The notes: generated by a model not told the origin, from the letters alone. 64,000 bases of DNA from Bacillota bacterium (GCA_023460235.1 JAEWRE010000043.1:42-64041), one strand, 5' to 3'. Counted from the stretch's first letter, positions 28,006-38,827 are shown. Numbers and translations are program-made.

Positions 28006-30516
28006 TTAATCATTTTTCTTTATTGAAGGTGTTTCATAACTCTCTGTTATAGCTCCACCGGTTACAGCCGCATCATCTAAAGTAATATCATCATCAATTA
28101 CTATTTCAAAATCATCAAGATTTCCATTTGTTCCAACAATATCTCTATTTGCAAATACTTCTGACTCTTCTACTTCTGAGCCTTTTATTGGAGAAGTTCC
28201 AGGAAAATTACTTAAATTTTCTGATAATTTTGAAGATGTATTCACACCAAATAAAAAGTCATCTTTTTTGCTATCATCATCATTTATAGCTATTGTAGGT
28301 GTATCAGGTTTTGACATCATATACTTTTCAAAGTTGTACATTAAAGTATCAGCTTTTTCTTTATATTTTGAATCTAGGAATGTAACTTTTCCTTTTCCGT
28401 AAACTGTTTTACCTTTTGCATTCTTTGTTTTGTAGAAAATATCACCAAAACCTTGATCAGCAAGTTTGAACCATTCCATTCGAAATTTCTTTTCTTTTGT
28501 AAGAGTAGGGGTTGCAACTACATCTTTTGTTATATCAAATTTATAAGAAAAGTCTGGTATTTTTTCTTTACCAAAGGCTTTCTCCCAATATTCACTATCA
28601 TCTGGAACAGTATCACCAAAAACAATTTGAGTCTTTGTGTTTGCAAGAACAGTCTGTCTATAGTATGAAGTACCACTTTTCTCTAATTGTGATAAGTTTT
28701 GTAAAGCTATTGTAACGCCACATCTATACTTTCTAAATAGTGTAAACATTACTTCCATATCTTTTGTTATATATTCTGGGAACTCATCAATATATAAGAA
28801 ATGAGGAGTTCTTGAATCTTCATTACCTTTTCTTCTTAGTACTGCATCTTGGAATTGAAGTATAAAGAACATACCAAAAGCTTTTGCTTGAAGTATACCT
28901 AAATCACCTTTTCTAGAACATGCAGTAATTACTTGACCTGTTTCTAAAGCTTTATCAAAATCTATTATATTTTTCTTTCCACAAAGTGCTGCTTTTAAAC
29001 CAGGGTGTCTTATAAGGTTATTTAACTGAGTAATAGCTCCATATAGGAATTTCTCAGTATCTTTTCTACCACTTCCACGAGTACCTGGTATTTCATAACC
29101 ATTGATATTTAATGAAGGCTTGTAGAAATTCTTTTCAAAATATCTAATTAATAATTTATATTTTTGTTCAAGTTCTGGTACTTTCTTCATTTCTTCTGTC
29201 ATTTCTTCAACTGCATCAAAATTATATAATAGTTCTAGCATATCTTCTAAACTTGCAAGTTCACCATTATTAAGTAGAGGATACATTTCTTTTAATAATA
29301 TTGAAAGGTTTTGGAAAGCATCAATTGTAACTTGTGTAAAGAATGGATCTCCAGCTTTTCCACCACCAGTACTTTCATACATGGCATTTAAAACGTCTGA
29401 TACAATTGAAGCAACTTTAGCAGGATCCGGTATTGCAAATGGATTCATACTAAGTGTTGTTTCAGGAGCTGCTGGATCTATAGATAATACATCTAAATCA
29501 AAGTTTTTTGCCACTCCTACAAATTGAGAAATAAAGTTCCCATCATTTTCTATTACTGTTATACCTAAGTTCCTATAAACGACTTTTCCTGTTGAATTGT
29601 CAATATATTGAACTAAAGGTTTTATATTTTTCATGAATTCTTCTTCCATGCCACGTCTAGGCTTCAAATAGTTTAAAGAAAAATTCCTGTTTACAAATTC
29701 ATTTGTAAAAGGTCCACTCATATAAGCAATATCTTTTTTTAGCATTGAGTATGCCATTCTTTTTGAATATTCTCTAAAGAAGAATTTCTTCTCTAGGTCA
29801 AAAGCACTCATCGGTAATAATACAGTTGCAGTTTTACCAGTACCAGTAGCACCTTGTACTAATGTTGCTTCATAACGTTTCTTTTCAGGAACTATAACGG
29901 GTAATGATGAACCTTTTACTTTACAAATTACAGCTTCACAAGTAAATGCGCCATTTTCTTTTACGCCTGTAGATGAAGTCATACCAGAAAATGCTGCTAT
30001 AGATTTTACATCATCATCATCTCTCATTAAAGAAAGTACATATTCAATAACTCTAAATATTCCAATAAATGGAACTACGAAGCAAAGCGATCTAACAGCA
30101 GGAGCAAATAGTTCAGGATATAGTCTTAATACATCTTTATAGTTTGGAAGTTGTTCAAGTATCCACCAAATTCCATTATTTACCCACGTACATACCATTC
30201 CACCAAGTATTGTAGTAAATAATCCAAATGTTACAAAGTATACATTTACTTTTGTAGAATCGTCCTTTGGAATTCCAGAATTAACGTAAAAAGAAAATGC
30301 AAGAACTGGAAAGAACATAAATATAGCATATAAATATGGAGGAATATTATTTATAACTCTTAAATTTCCAACCATCAGACCAAGTATTTTTGATATCGAA
30401 ATAAGCATAACAAATGCTGTTAAAGCATAAAAGATATATGTTAATATTCTATCTGGTTTAGTCTTTATATGTAGTTTTTTAAATAAACTATCGATCAAAT
30501 ATATCACCACTTTCAA
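28006..30516 (-). CDS. Type IV coupling protein of the VirD4/TraG/TraD family (N-terminal TM helices, Walker A 'GATGTGKT', Walker B 'LYIDEF', TraG-D_C-like 'TIALQNLSQL').
   Basis: Motifs read directly; 836 aa. The start is uncertain (TTG without an obvious RBS). Confidence 0.6.
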   Translation of the reverse strand: MKVVIYLIDSLFKKLHIKTKPDRILTYIFYALTAFVMLISISKILGLMVGNLRVINNIPPYLYAIFMFFPVLAFSFYVNSGIPKDDSTKVNVYFVTFGLFTTILGGMVCTWVNNGIWWILEQLPNYKDVLRLYPELFAPAVRSLCFVVPFIGIFRVIEYVLSLMRDDDDVKSIAAFSGMTSSTGVKENGAFTCEAVICKVKGSSLPVIVPEKKRYEATLVQGATGTGKTATVLLPMSAFDLEKKFFFREYSKRMAYSMLKKDIAYMSGPFTNEFVNRNFSLNYLKPRRGMEEEFMKNIKPLVQYIDNSTGKVVYRNLGITVIENDGNFISQFVGVAKNFDLDVLSIDPAAPETTLSMNPFAIPDPAKVASIVSDVLNAMYESTGGGKAGDPFFTQVTIDAFQNLSILLKEMYPLLNNGELASLEDMLELLYNFDAVEEMTEEMKKVPELEQKYKLLIRYFEKNFYKPSLNINGYEIPGTRGSGRKDTEKFLYGAITQLNNLIRHPGLKAALCGKKNIIDFDKALETGQVITACSRKGDLGILQAKAFGMFFILQFQDAVLRRKGNEDSRTPHFLYIDEFPEYITKDMEVMFTLFRKYRCGVTIALQNLSQLEKSGTSYYRQTVLANTKTQIVFGDTVPDDSEYWEKAFGKEKIPDFSYKFDITKDVVATPTLTKEKKFRMEWFKLADQGFGDIFYKTKNAKGKTVYGKGKVTFLDSKYKEKADTLMYNFEKYMMSKPDTPTIAINDDDSKKDDFLFGVNTSSKLSENLSNFPGTSPIKGSEVEESEVFANRDIVGTNGNLDDFEIVIDDDITLDDAAVTGGAITESYETPSIKKND

Positions 30517-30673
30517 AGTTTAATTAATATATAAATGTTAAATTGACATATTTACATATTTCATATATAATAATATAATACTATAAAAATGTAAAAAATT
30601 CAAGCTATTTTGAAAAACTAGCGGCTAAAATAGTTAAAAAATAACCGTTATTTATAGAAAGGAAAAATAAATT

Positions 30674-31213
30674 ATGAAAATAATTGTTGGACTTGGAAAT
30701 CCAGGTAAAGAATATGAAACTACTAGACATAATGTTGGGTTCATGTTTTTAGATTATTTAGAAGAAAAATATAATTTTAAAATACAAAAGAATACTCTTG
30801 ATAGTAAAATTGAAGAAACTGTTATAAATGGTGAAAAAGTTGTATTTGCAAAACCACAAACCTTTATGAATTTAAGTGGTAATGCTGTAGTTAAGTTAAA
30901 AAATTGGTATAAAGTAGATGAAAAGGATATTTTAATAATATTTGATGATATAGATATACCATTTGGAGAGACAAAATGTAAATTAAATGGCAGTGGTGGC
31001 ACTCATAATGGAATGAAAAATATAGTTCAGATGATGAGCACAACAAATATTGCTAGAATAAAAATTGGAATTGGTGGAATAAAAAATGATAAACAAGATT
31101 TAGCAAATTTTGTTCTTAGTAAATTCTCAAATGAACAAATTGAAGAGCTAAATGACGTTTTCGATGTTGCAGATAAAAAAATGCAAGTTTTCCTTGACAA
31201 AAACCAATTTTAA
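30674..31213 (+). CDS. pth: Peptidyl-tRNA hydrolase.
   Basis: N-terminal 'MKIIVGLGNPGKEYETTRHNVGF' is the Pth signature; 179 aa. Confidence 0.9.
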   Translation: MKIIVGLGNPGKEYETTRHNVGFMFLDYLEEKYNFKIQKNTLDSKIEETVINGEKVVFAKPQTFMNLSGNAVVKLKNWYKVDEKDILIIFDDIDIPFGETKCKLNGSGGTHNGMKNIVQMMSTTNIARIKIGIGGIKNDKQDLANFVLSKFSNEQIEELNDVFDVADKKMQVFLDKNQF

Positions 31214-31309
31214 TGTTAAAATAATTGTTGTATTCCGCACAGAACAGGTTTAAATGTTTTATACTACCTTAATTGGCGAGAGCAAGTTAGAATATAAGGA
31301 GGAAAAAGA
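31214..31309 (+). promoter_or_regulatory. Possible rplU (L21) leader RNA / promoter region.
   Basis: 96-nt structured-looking leader ahead of rplU, read by position only; no covariance model was run. Confidence 0.25.
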
Positions 31310-31663
31310 ATGTACGCTATAGTTGAAATTAGTGGAAAACAGTACAAAGTACAAGAAGGAGATATCGTTTTTGTAGAAAGACTTGAAGCAGAAGAAGGAA
31401 ATGAATTAACTTTTGATAAAGTATTATTTGTTTCTGATGATAGCAAAATTTCCATTGGAGAAGATGTTGTTAAAGGAGCTAAAGTAAAAGCTACTGTTAT
31501 TGGACATGGTAAAGCTAAAAAGATGATTGTATACAAATACAAAGCTAAGAAAAATGAAAGAAAAACAAGAGGACATAGACAACCATTTACAAAAATACAA
31601 ATTGAAAAAATATCAGTTACTTCTAGAGCTAAAAAAGCAGAAGAAACAACTGAAGAAGCTTAG
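31310..31663 (+). CDS. rplU: 50S ribosomal protein L21.
   Basis: RBS AAGGAGG; '[14 protein letters not shown]' signature. Confidence 0.9.
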   Translation: MYAIVEISGKQYKVQEGDIVFVERLEAEEGNELTFDKVLFVSDDSKISIGEDVVKGAKVKATVIGHGKAKKMIVYKYKAKKNERKTRGHRQPFTKIQIEKISVTSRAKKAEETTEEA

Positions 31664-31702
31664 TTTTAAGCTGTTAAATTGAATATAAAGGAGTGAATTT
31701 AA

Positions 31703-31963
31703 GTGGCACATAAAAAAGGTATGGGTTCTACTAGAAATGGTAGAGATAGTGAATCAAAAAGACTTGGCGCAAAAAGAGCTGACGGTCAATTTGTACTTGC
31801 AGGAAACATATTATATAGACAAAGAGGAACAAAAATACATCCAGGAACTAATGTTGGTATAGGTAAAGATGATACTTTATTTGCTAAAGCTGATGGTGTA
31901 GTTAAATTTGAAAGAAAAGGTAGAGACGACAAAAAAGTTAGTGTTTACCCAGTAGAAGAATAA
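31703..31963 (+). CDS. rpmA: 50S ribosomal protein L27, with no N-terminal propeptide.
   Basis: GTG start with RBS AAGGAG; TAA immediately upstream in frame. Begins '[16 protein letters not shown]' (E. coli-like mature N-terminus). Confidence 0.85.
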   Translation: MAHKKGMGSTRNGRDSESKRLGAKRADGQFVLAGNILYRQRGTKIHPGTNVGIGKDDTLFAKADGVVKFERKGRDDKKVSVYPVEE

Positions 31964-31974
31964 TTATATAAATA

Positions 31975-32008
31975 AAAATGCTTATGATATTTTCATAAGT
32001 ATTTTTTT
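31975..32008 (+). terminator. Rho-independent terminator after rpmA.
   Basis: ATGCTTATGA...TCATAAGTAT stem plus T7. Confidence 0.55.
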
Positions 32009-32069
32009 ATTCATAATTATAATAATAAAATATAAATTTGTTAATAATATTATAATAAAAGGAGTAATT

Positions 32070-32213
32070 ATGAAATTATTTAAAATTAACAAATTTATAG
32101 CAATTGCAACTATTTCTTTTATTATAGTTTTTTCAATATTTTTAAATAAGCTACCATATATTTTTTGTAATTTCATATCTTGGCTTGGATATTGTGAAGA
32201 ATGTAATATATAA
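32070..32213 (+). CDS. Unannotated small ORF, 47 aa hydrophobic peptide (MKLFKINKFIAIATISFIIVFSIFLNKLPYIFCNFISWLGYCEECNI).
   Basis: RBS AAAGGAG 5 nt before the ATG. Perfect terminator hairpin (AGCTGCCA-7nt-TGGCAGCT-TTTT) at 32216-32241. Below the 60-aa track cutoff. Confidence 0.45.
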   Translation: MKLFKINKFIAIATISFIIVFSIFLNKLPYIFCNFISWLGYCEECNI

Positions 32214-32215
32214 AA

Positions 32216-32241
32216 AGCTGCCATAATTGTGGCAGCTTTTT
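32216..32241. terminator. Bidirectional terminator (AGCTGCCA...TGGCAGCT plus T-run).
   Basis: Inverted repeat between the small ORF and the convergent 32248-32775 gene. Confidence 0.7.
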
Positions 32242-32247
32242 GGAAGA

Positions 32248-32775
32248 TTAGAACCCTACGCATAAGGTAGAGCATTTTATATTTGGCAAAAAAACTCTTA
32301 GTTTTTCACTCAAATCTCGTGTAATGATAGATTCAATTTTTGAATCCTTAATGAATTTATTTCGGAAAGCAAATAAAGAGAATGAAACTTCATAAGGAAA
32401 TAATAGATCAGTTTGTTGATCATTAACTGAAATTCCCTTAAGGAAAAATTCAACTTTCAACTTAGCCGGTAAGATTTGGTTAGTAAAGTCTTTAGCTTTG
32501 AATGAACTATCGTAATTTACTAGATATTCTTGAATTACCTTATTCTCATTTAAAATTAGTTTTTGTGAGCAAAAGGTAATACCAGACTCTTTTAATTCAT
32601 CACAAAAACTTAAATCATAAATTAGAAGAGTCGGTATATGAGTAAATGGAACAGTAATATTTTTCCCTAAATACATTAATTCTAGTATACAATGTGCTAA
32701 TGAATCTGAAGAAGCACAATCCTTCCAGTAAGTTTCTAGAAACTCTTTTAAATCAAGTTTCTTTGCATCATCCAT
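32248..32775 (-). CDS. Hypothetical protein, 175 aa.
   Basis: RBS GGGAGGA upstream of the ATG. Confidence 0.5.
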   Translation of the reverse strand: MDDAKKLDLKEFLETYWKDCASSDSLAHCILELMYLGKNITVPFTHIPTLLIYDLSFCDELKESGITFCSQKLILNENKVIQEYLVNYDSSFKAKDFTNQILPAKLKVEFFLKGISVNDQQTDLLFPYEVSFSLFAFRNKFIKDSKIESIITRDLSEKLRVFLPNIKCSTLCVGF

Positions 32776-33058
32776 TTTTAATTATCCTCCCTAAAATAAA
32801 TAAATTTTATAAGTATCTCTAAAACATAAGAATAAGTATAGCACTTCTTATGTTTTATGTCAAGTATAAAGCGCATATAATTTTAAAATATATTATCAAA
32901 TAATAGAATATAAAGTATACCTTAATTAATTTAGTATTAAAATATATAGTATAAAATATTCATTGTTTACAGATATTTTGATATAACTATTTACAATTTT
33001 TTTATTTTATTATATTATATTAATATCATTATAATTTACAAATGATAGGGGAAGAGTT

Positions 33059-34630
33059 ATGAATATAAAATTGATATTTCAAAAAGACGGAAATAATACT
33101 TTAAATGAAAGCATTACTAGTTCATTTGAAAGGAACCCAAAAAAAGTTTACTTTTTTTGTAGCACTTTAAAAGAGAATGGATTTAGAATGATTGAAGAAA
33201 ATTTTATTGATAGCAAGGCAAAATTATATTTTGCTATTGGTATCGATAAGAAGAACACAACAAGAAATATGTTAGAAAATCTTTTAACATATACAAAAGA
33301 TATACATTATTATTCAAATAATCAGTTAGTTGAATTTGATAGTAATATTATTATCTTTGAATATGATAAAGAAGTCGTAATATATGTTTCAAATTCTGAT
33401 TTATCAGAAAGTGGTCTAAATGAAAATATTGCAATATACTCTGAATATATATATAGCTTAGAAAATAAAGAAGAAAAAGCACAATATAAAGAGCTTATAA
33501 AGAAATTATTAGGGGATATTGAAATAAGTGAATTCAAAAAAATAGATAAGGCAGAAATAGAAAAATTAGTTGATGAAAAAGAAATATTTACTACTAGACA
33601 ATATAATCATAATGTAAAAAGTATTGCTGAGTTACTTGGAAAAACTAATGAAAATAAAGAAGAAAAAGTTGAAGTAGAAAAAGAAACTGATGACTCATAC
33701 ATAGGGGATGCAGTTATTCCAAAGATTGATTTATCAAATGATAATATAGATATAGAATTTGATGATATTGATTTATCTGGTTTTAATGAAGAAGTTGAGA
33801 TTAAGCCTGAAAGCACAGGAATTAATATAGATGTAGAAGAAAAGAAAAATGAAGAGAAAAAACAAGCAAAAAAAATAAAAAAAGATGATAGCTATGAAAA
33901 AGAAGAAAATTTTTCAAATGAAGTTGATACAAATAATGATATGTACGATGAAGATTTAGCTAACGTTGAATTTGATGAAAATGATACACTTGATATAGAT
34001 AATATGCTTTTTTCGAAAGCTGATATAAAACTAAATGTTGGTGGAAGAAAGACAAAGAAAAAAGAAGCAGATAAAAAATCTGATAAATCTGATAAAGTTA
34101 TTTTAGAAGAAAATGATACTAAAGAAGATGAAGTAAATGAATTTGCTGAAGAAGAATTAGTTCAAGCTAAAAAAATAAATTTAAATAATGTTTCTAATTT
34201 TATATTTGAGTCACCTGCTAAGGCTTTAAAAGGGCAGGATATAAACAATATAAAGATACCAAATTATATTAAAAATATGATACCAGAATTTTTTGAAATT
34301 AATGATAATGGTAAAAATGTTGAAATAAATGGTGTATCATATAGAAAAAGAGATATAAAAATTGAAATAGTTGATGTAAAAAATGGTACAAAATATACAG
34401 ATAGAGAAGCAAAAATGTTACTTAAGAATGGTCAAACGTATATTACAATATCATCTGATACATTAAAAAATATAGATTATAACGAGGATGATATAGTTAG
34501 AATAATAAAACTTTCAAGTGATATATATCATATTGAGTTTGTATCTAAGGAGTTACAAGAGTATAAGTTATGGAATAAACTATGTACACAAAAATTTAAA
34601 GCTAGTGATAGAAAATACGGAATGATGTAA
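33059..34630 (+). CDS. Hypothetical protein, 523 aa, with N- and C-terminal globular parts joined by a highly charged K/E/D-rich region.
   Basis: RBS; terminator AGGAATGGC...GCCATTCCT-TTTT at 34639-34664. Confidence 0.5.
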   Translation: MNIKLIFQKDGNNTLNESITSSFERNPKKVYFFCSTLKENGFRMIEENFIDSKAKLYFAIGIDKKNTTRNMLENLLTYTKDIHYYSNNQLVEFDSNIIIFEYDKEVVIYVSNSDLSESGLNENIAIYSEYIYSLENKEEKAQYKELIKKLLGDIEISEFKKIDKAEIEKLVDEKEIFTTRQYNHNVKSIAELLGKTNENKEEKVEVEKETDDSYIGDAVIPKIDLSNDNIDIEFDDIDLSGFNEEVEIKPESTGINIDVEEKKNEEKKQAKKIKKDDSYEKEENFSNEVDTNNDMYDEDLANVEFDENDTLDIDNMLFSKADIKLNVGGRKTKKKEADKKSDKSDKVILEENDTKEDEVNEFAEEELVQAKKINLNNVSNFIFESPAKALKGQDINNIKIPNYIKNMIPEFFEINDNGKNVEINGVSYRKRDIKIEIVDVKNGTKYTDREAKMLLKNGQTYITISSDTLKNIDYNEDDIVRIIKLSSDIYHIEFVSKELQEYKLWNKLCTQKFKASDRKYGMM

Positions 34631-34699
34631 AAAAAATAAGGAATGGCAGTAGCCATTCCTTTTATCTATGTTGTATTCCATTATATTCTAAATTAAGTT

Positions 34700-35056
34700 T
34701 TAAAAATATATACTTACAGCATTCTTAAGTTCTCTATATTTCTTCATTATATCTTTAAACTTTTCTTCATTTGTATCTTCATTATCAGTACCGATTAGGT
34801 ATAAAATATCAGAATCTTTTAATGTAATAATATCATATAATTGTACATTATTTATATAAAGCTCAGCCATTAGTACAAAAACATCTCTTCTTGGTATTTT
34901 TTTGCTAACGTATAAATATATAAATACAGCAATATCTTTTGCATCCTGTTCCTCATAATGAGGGCTTATAGATATAATATCTTTGAAAGGTTGATAAATG
35001 GTTTTATTAACTCTTACTTTCTCTTCATCAGAATTGATAATATTAATATATTTCAT
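34700..35056 (-). CDS. Hypothetical protein, 118 aa.
   Basis: Strong RBS GAAGGAGAA upstream. Confidence 0.5.
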   Translation of the reverse strand: MKYINIINSDEEKVRVNKTIYQPFKDIISISPHYEEQDAKDIAVFIYLYVSKKIPRRDVFVLMAELYINNVQLYDIITLKDSDILYLIGTDNEDTNEEKFKDIMKKYRELKNAVSIYF

Positions 35057-35266
35057 TTTATTCTCCTTCTGAAGCGGATATTAATTGCTTCAATCTATTT
35101 TATTACAAAACAATTATACCACTTTAATTTACATAAATCAATAGATTAATAGAATAAAATGGAAAATATTACCTTATGTATTCTTAAGTTGTAGCATTTT
35201 GTCATAAAATGCTTGAAATATCTTCTTGTATATAATATAATAAAGCACATATAATGGGGGCAAAAT

Positions 35267-38200
35267 ATGCAATTAAAGAAGATTGAGATACAAGGATTTA
35301 AATCATTTGCTGATAAGACAGAAGTAGTTTTTTTGGAAGGTATTACAACAATTGTTGGTCCAAATGGAAGTGGTAAAAGTAATATATCTGATGCGGTAAG
35401 ATGGGTACTTGGTGAACAAAGTGTTAAAACACTTCGTGGCGCTAAAATGGAAGATGTTATATTTGCAGGTACTGAAGCTAGAAAAAAAGTTGGTTTTGCT
35501 GAAGTTTCAATGTACTTAGATAATAGTGATATGAGTCTTCCAGTAGAATATAAAGAGGTAGTTGTAACAAGACGTGTATATAGATCTGGTGAAAGTAATT
35601 ATTTACTTAATGGTAGTGAATGCAGATTAAAAGATATACAAGAATTATTTATGGATACTGGTGTAGGAAGAGACGGATATAGTATAATTTCTCAAGGTAA
35701 AATAGATGAAATATTATCTACTAAATCTGATGAAAGAAGACATATATTTGAAGAAGCTTCTGGTATTGTTAAATATAGAACAAGAAAAGACGAAGCAACT
35801 AAAAAGCTAGATAATACTGATATAAGTTTAAATAGGGTAAATGATATATTAAATGAAATTACTAATGTAATTGGACCATTAGAGAAAAAAGCTGAAATCG
35901 CAAAGAAATATTTGAGCCTTAAAGAAGAATTAAAACTAGTTGATGTAAAATTATTTATAGATTCAATAGGTAAAAATGATGAAGAATTAGCCAAGTTAGA
36001 TGAGATAATCAATACATTTGAAAATGATATATTAGTTGAAGAAAAAAAGAACCAAGAAGCTGAAAACAATAAAGCTGAGTTTAAAGAAAAGGTTCAAGAT
36101 ATTACATTAAAAATAGAAGAAACTCAAACTAAGTATTTTGATCTTACTAACGAAATTGAAAAACTTAATTCTAAAATTAAACTATATGAAGCTAGTACAG
36201 AAAACTCAAATATAAATATTGAAAGACTTGATAATGAAATAAAAGAAGATGGCGAAAAGGTTGAATTACTTAAAGAAGATATTCAAAAACGTGATGATAA
36301 AAGAAAATCAATGGCAGAAAATAAGGTTAAGTTTGAAAATGAACTTAATCTAAAACAAGATGAATTAGAAGAAATAATGAAAACTCTTGATAAAAGAGGA
36401 GTTGAAGTAGAAGAAATTAAGAAAAAAGTTGATGAAATAAATGAAGAAAAGTATCAACTTAAAATGGAAATTAGTAGTATTCTTGCAACTGTTGAATCAA
36501 ATGAGAAACAAATAGTTGAAAAAGAAAAAAATGCGGATAGAAATATACAACACAAAGATAGTTTGAGTTCACAAAAAACTGATTTTTCAATCTTAATAGA
36601 AAATAAAAATAAAGAATTAAATAAAGTTAATGAAAGATTAAATGAAATAATAACTATAAAGAATGAGAATGATAATAAAATATCTTTGAAAAAAGAAGAA
36701 GAAAATAAATTAAAACAACATTTAATGACTATGAAATCTAAATATAATTATCTTCAAAATCTTGAAAAAGAAAATGAAGGCTATTATAAAAGTGTAAAAT
36801 CTGTTCTTGATTTTGCAAATGAAAGTAAGATTAATAGTGTTTATGGTACAGTTGCAAGTTTAATATCTACTGATGAAAAATATGAATATGCAATTGAAAT
36901 ATCTCTTGGAGGCTACCTTCAAAATATCATAGTTGAAGATGAAGATGTAGCTAAGAAAATGATAGAATACCTAAAAGAAAATAAATCAGGTAGAGCAACA
37001 TTTCTTCCACTTTCAAGTATAAAGAAAATACAAAATAATTCAAGGGATGATTTTAAAAAGTATGATGGCTTTATAGGGTATGCTATAGATTTAGTTAAAT
37101 ACGATAAAAAGTATTATGACGCTGTTAATTTAAGTTTAGCAAATACAATAATTGTTGATAATGTGGAAAACGCACTTTCAATTTCTAGAAAAACTAAAGG
37201 AGCTGTTAAGATAGTAACACTTTCTGGTGAATTAATAGCTACAACAGGAAGTATAACAGGTGGACAAACTGGTCAAAGAAATACTGGCTTAATTGGTAGA
37301 AGTGAAAAGATAAAAGAACTTTCTATTGATATTGCAAAAAGTGAAACTGAATGTTCAAAAATACAAGAAGAGATTTTACTTATGGTTAAATCATTTGATG
37401 ATTTAAATAATGAGTTAGATAATTTAACAAAACAACAAAATGAGTTAAAAGTAGAGCTTGCAACTAAAAACTTCGAATATGAAAATTTAAATAATGAACT
37501 AGAAAAACTAGAAAATTTAAAATTACAAAATAAAGAGTTTATTGAAAATCTAAAGCTTGAAACAGCTAATCTGAATGAAAAATTAGAATTAAATCAATCA
37601 AAAATTGATGATATTGATAAACAAATTGATGATAATCAATTAATAATCGATGAATATGCAAGATTTAATAAAGAAAAAGAAAAAACAATTGATTTCTTAA
37701 ATGAAGATATAGTAAATTTAAAAATATCATTATCATCATTTGATGAAAGTGTGCTTTCAATAAATGAAATGACTGAGAAAATATCAAGTGATATAGCAAA
37801 TTTTGAAGAAGGAATATTAAAAAAACAAAACCAGATTTTAATTTTAAGAGATAGTATAAAAGAAAATATGGTTCAAATTGATAGTATAAAAGATAAAATA
37901 AACTCACAAGATACTTTTAAATCTGATTATTCTAATATAATTGAACAATATAAATCTAGTAAAGAAAACTACTTAAAAGAACAAGATAATATTGATAAAT
38001 TACTTGTTGAAGCAATTAAAAAAATAGAAAAACTTAAAGAAGAAAAATCAAAAATAGAAAATAAAAAAGTAAAATATGAACTAGAAATAGAAAATCAAAA
38101 AAATAAGATGTGGGATGAATATGAACTTACTATATCAAGTAGTAAGAAATTACTTGAAAATATTCCTAATGAAGAAAATGATATTTCAATGCTAAGAGTT

Positions 38201-38827
38201 AATGCAGATAAAATAAGAAAACAAATAAAAGACTTAGGAGAAGTTAATGTTAGCTCAATAGAAGAATATAGAGAAACAAAAGAGAGATTTGACTTTATAA
38301 ATACTCAAAAACTTGATCTTGAAGAAACTAAATCAAAACTTCAAAACTTAATAAACAATATGACTTTGATTATGAAGCAACAATTTAGTAAGCAGTTTAA
38401 AATAATAACAGAAAACTTTAATGAAACTTTCAAAGAATTATTTGGAGGTGGAAAAGCTGATCTTAGATTATCTGATGAAAATGATGTTTTAAATAGCGGA
38501 ATTGAAATAGAAGTTCAACCGCCAGGTAAAAAATTGCAAAGTATGATGTTACTTTCTGGTGGAGAAAGAGCACTTACTGCTACTGCATTACTATTTGCAA
38601 TACTTAAAATAAAAACACCACCATTTTGTATACTTGATGAAATTGAAGCAGCACTTGATGATGTTAATGTACATAGATTTGCTGAATATATTAAAAAGTA
38701 TTCAAATGCTACACAATTTATTGTTATAACACATAGAAAAGGTACAATGGAAGTTGCATCTTCTGTATATGGTGTTACAATGCAAGAATACGGAATTTCA
38801 AAGGTTGTATCAATGAAATTAAAATAA
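35267..38827 (+). CDS. smc: Chromosome partition protein SMC.
   Basis: Walker A 'GPNGSGKSN', long coiled coils, hinge, C-terminal 'LSGGE' signature and Walker B 'ILDE'. Confidence 0.95.
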   Translation: MQLKKIEIQGFKSFADKTEVVFLEGITTIVGPNGSGKSNISDAVRWVLGEQSVKTLRGAKMEDVIFAGTEARKKVGFAEVSMYLDNSDMSLPVEYKEVVVTRRVYRSGESNYLLNGSECRLKDIQELFMDTGVGRDGYSIISQGKIDEILSTKSDERRHIFEEASGIVKYRTRKDEATKKLDNTDISLNRVNDILNEITNVIGPLEKKAEIAKKYLSLKEELKLVDVKLFIDSIGKNDEELAKLDEIINTFENDILVEEKKNQEAENNKAEFKEKVQDITLKIEETQTKYFDLTNEIEKLNSKIKLYEASTENSNINIERLDNEIKEDGEKVELLKEDIQKRDDKRKSMAENKVKFENELNLKQDELEEIMKTLDKRGVEVEEIKKKVDEINEEKYQLKMEISSILATVESNEKQIVEKEKNADRNIQHKDSLSSQKTDFSILIENKNKELNKVNERLNEIITIKNENDNKISLKKEEENKLKQHLMTMKSKYNYLQNLEKENEGYYKSVKSVLDFANESKINSVYGTVASLISTDEKYEYAIEISLGGYLQNIIVEDEDVAKKMIEYLKENKSGRATFLPLSSIKKIQNNSRDDFKKYDGFIGYAIDLVKYDKKYYDAVNLSLANTIIVDNVENALSISRKTKGAVKIVTLSGELIATTGSITGGQTGQRNTGLIGRSEKIKELSIDIAKSETECSKIQEEILLMVKSFDDLNNELDNLTKQQNELKVELATKNFEYENLNNELEKLENLKLQNKEFIENLKLETANLNEKLELNQSKIDDIDKQIDDNQLIIDEYARFNKEKEKTIDFLNEDIVNLKISLSSFDESVLSINEMTEKISSDIANFEEGILKKQNQILILRDSIKENMVQIDSIKDKINSQDTFKSDYSNIIEQYKSSKENYLKEQDNIDKLLVEAIKKIEKLKEEKSKIENKKVKYELEIENQKNKMWDEYELTISSSKKLLENIPNEENDISMLRVNADKIRKQIKDLGEVNVSSIEEYRETKERFDFINTQKLDLEETKSKLQNLINNMTLIMKQQFSKQFKIITENFNETFKELFGGGKADLRLSDENDVLNSGIEIEVQPPGKKLQSMMLLSGGERALTATALLFAILKIKTPPFCILDEIEAALDDVNVHRFAEYIKKYSNATQFIVITHRKGTMEVASSVYGVTMQEYGISKVVSMKLK

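Noticed and set aside
31982-32275. 97-aa minus-strand ORF.
   Set aside because: No RBS, and it spans a strong bidirectional terminator; the plus-strand 47-aa ORF with RBS and terminator explains this interval better.
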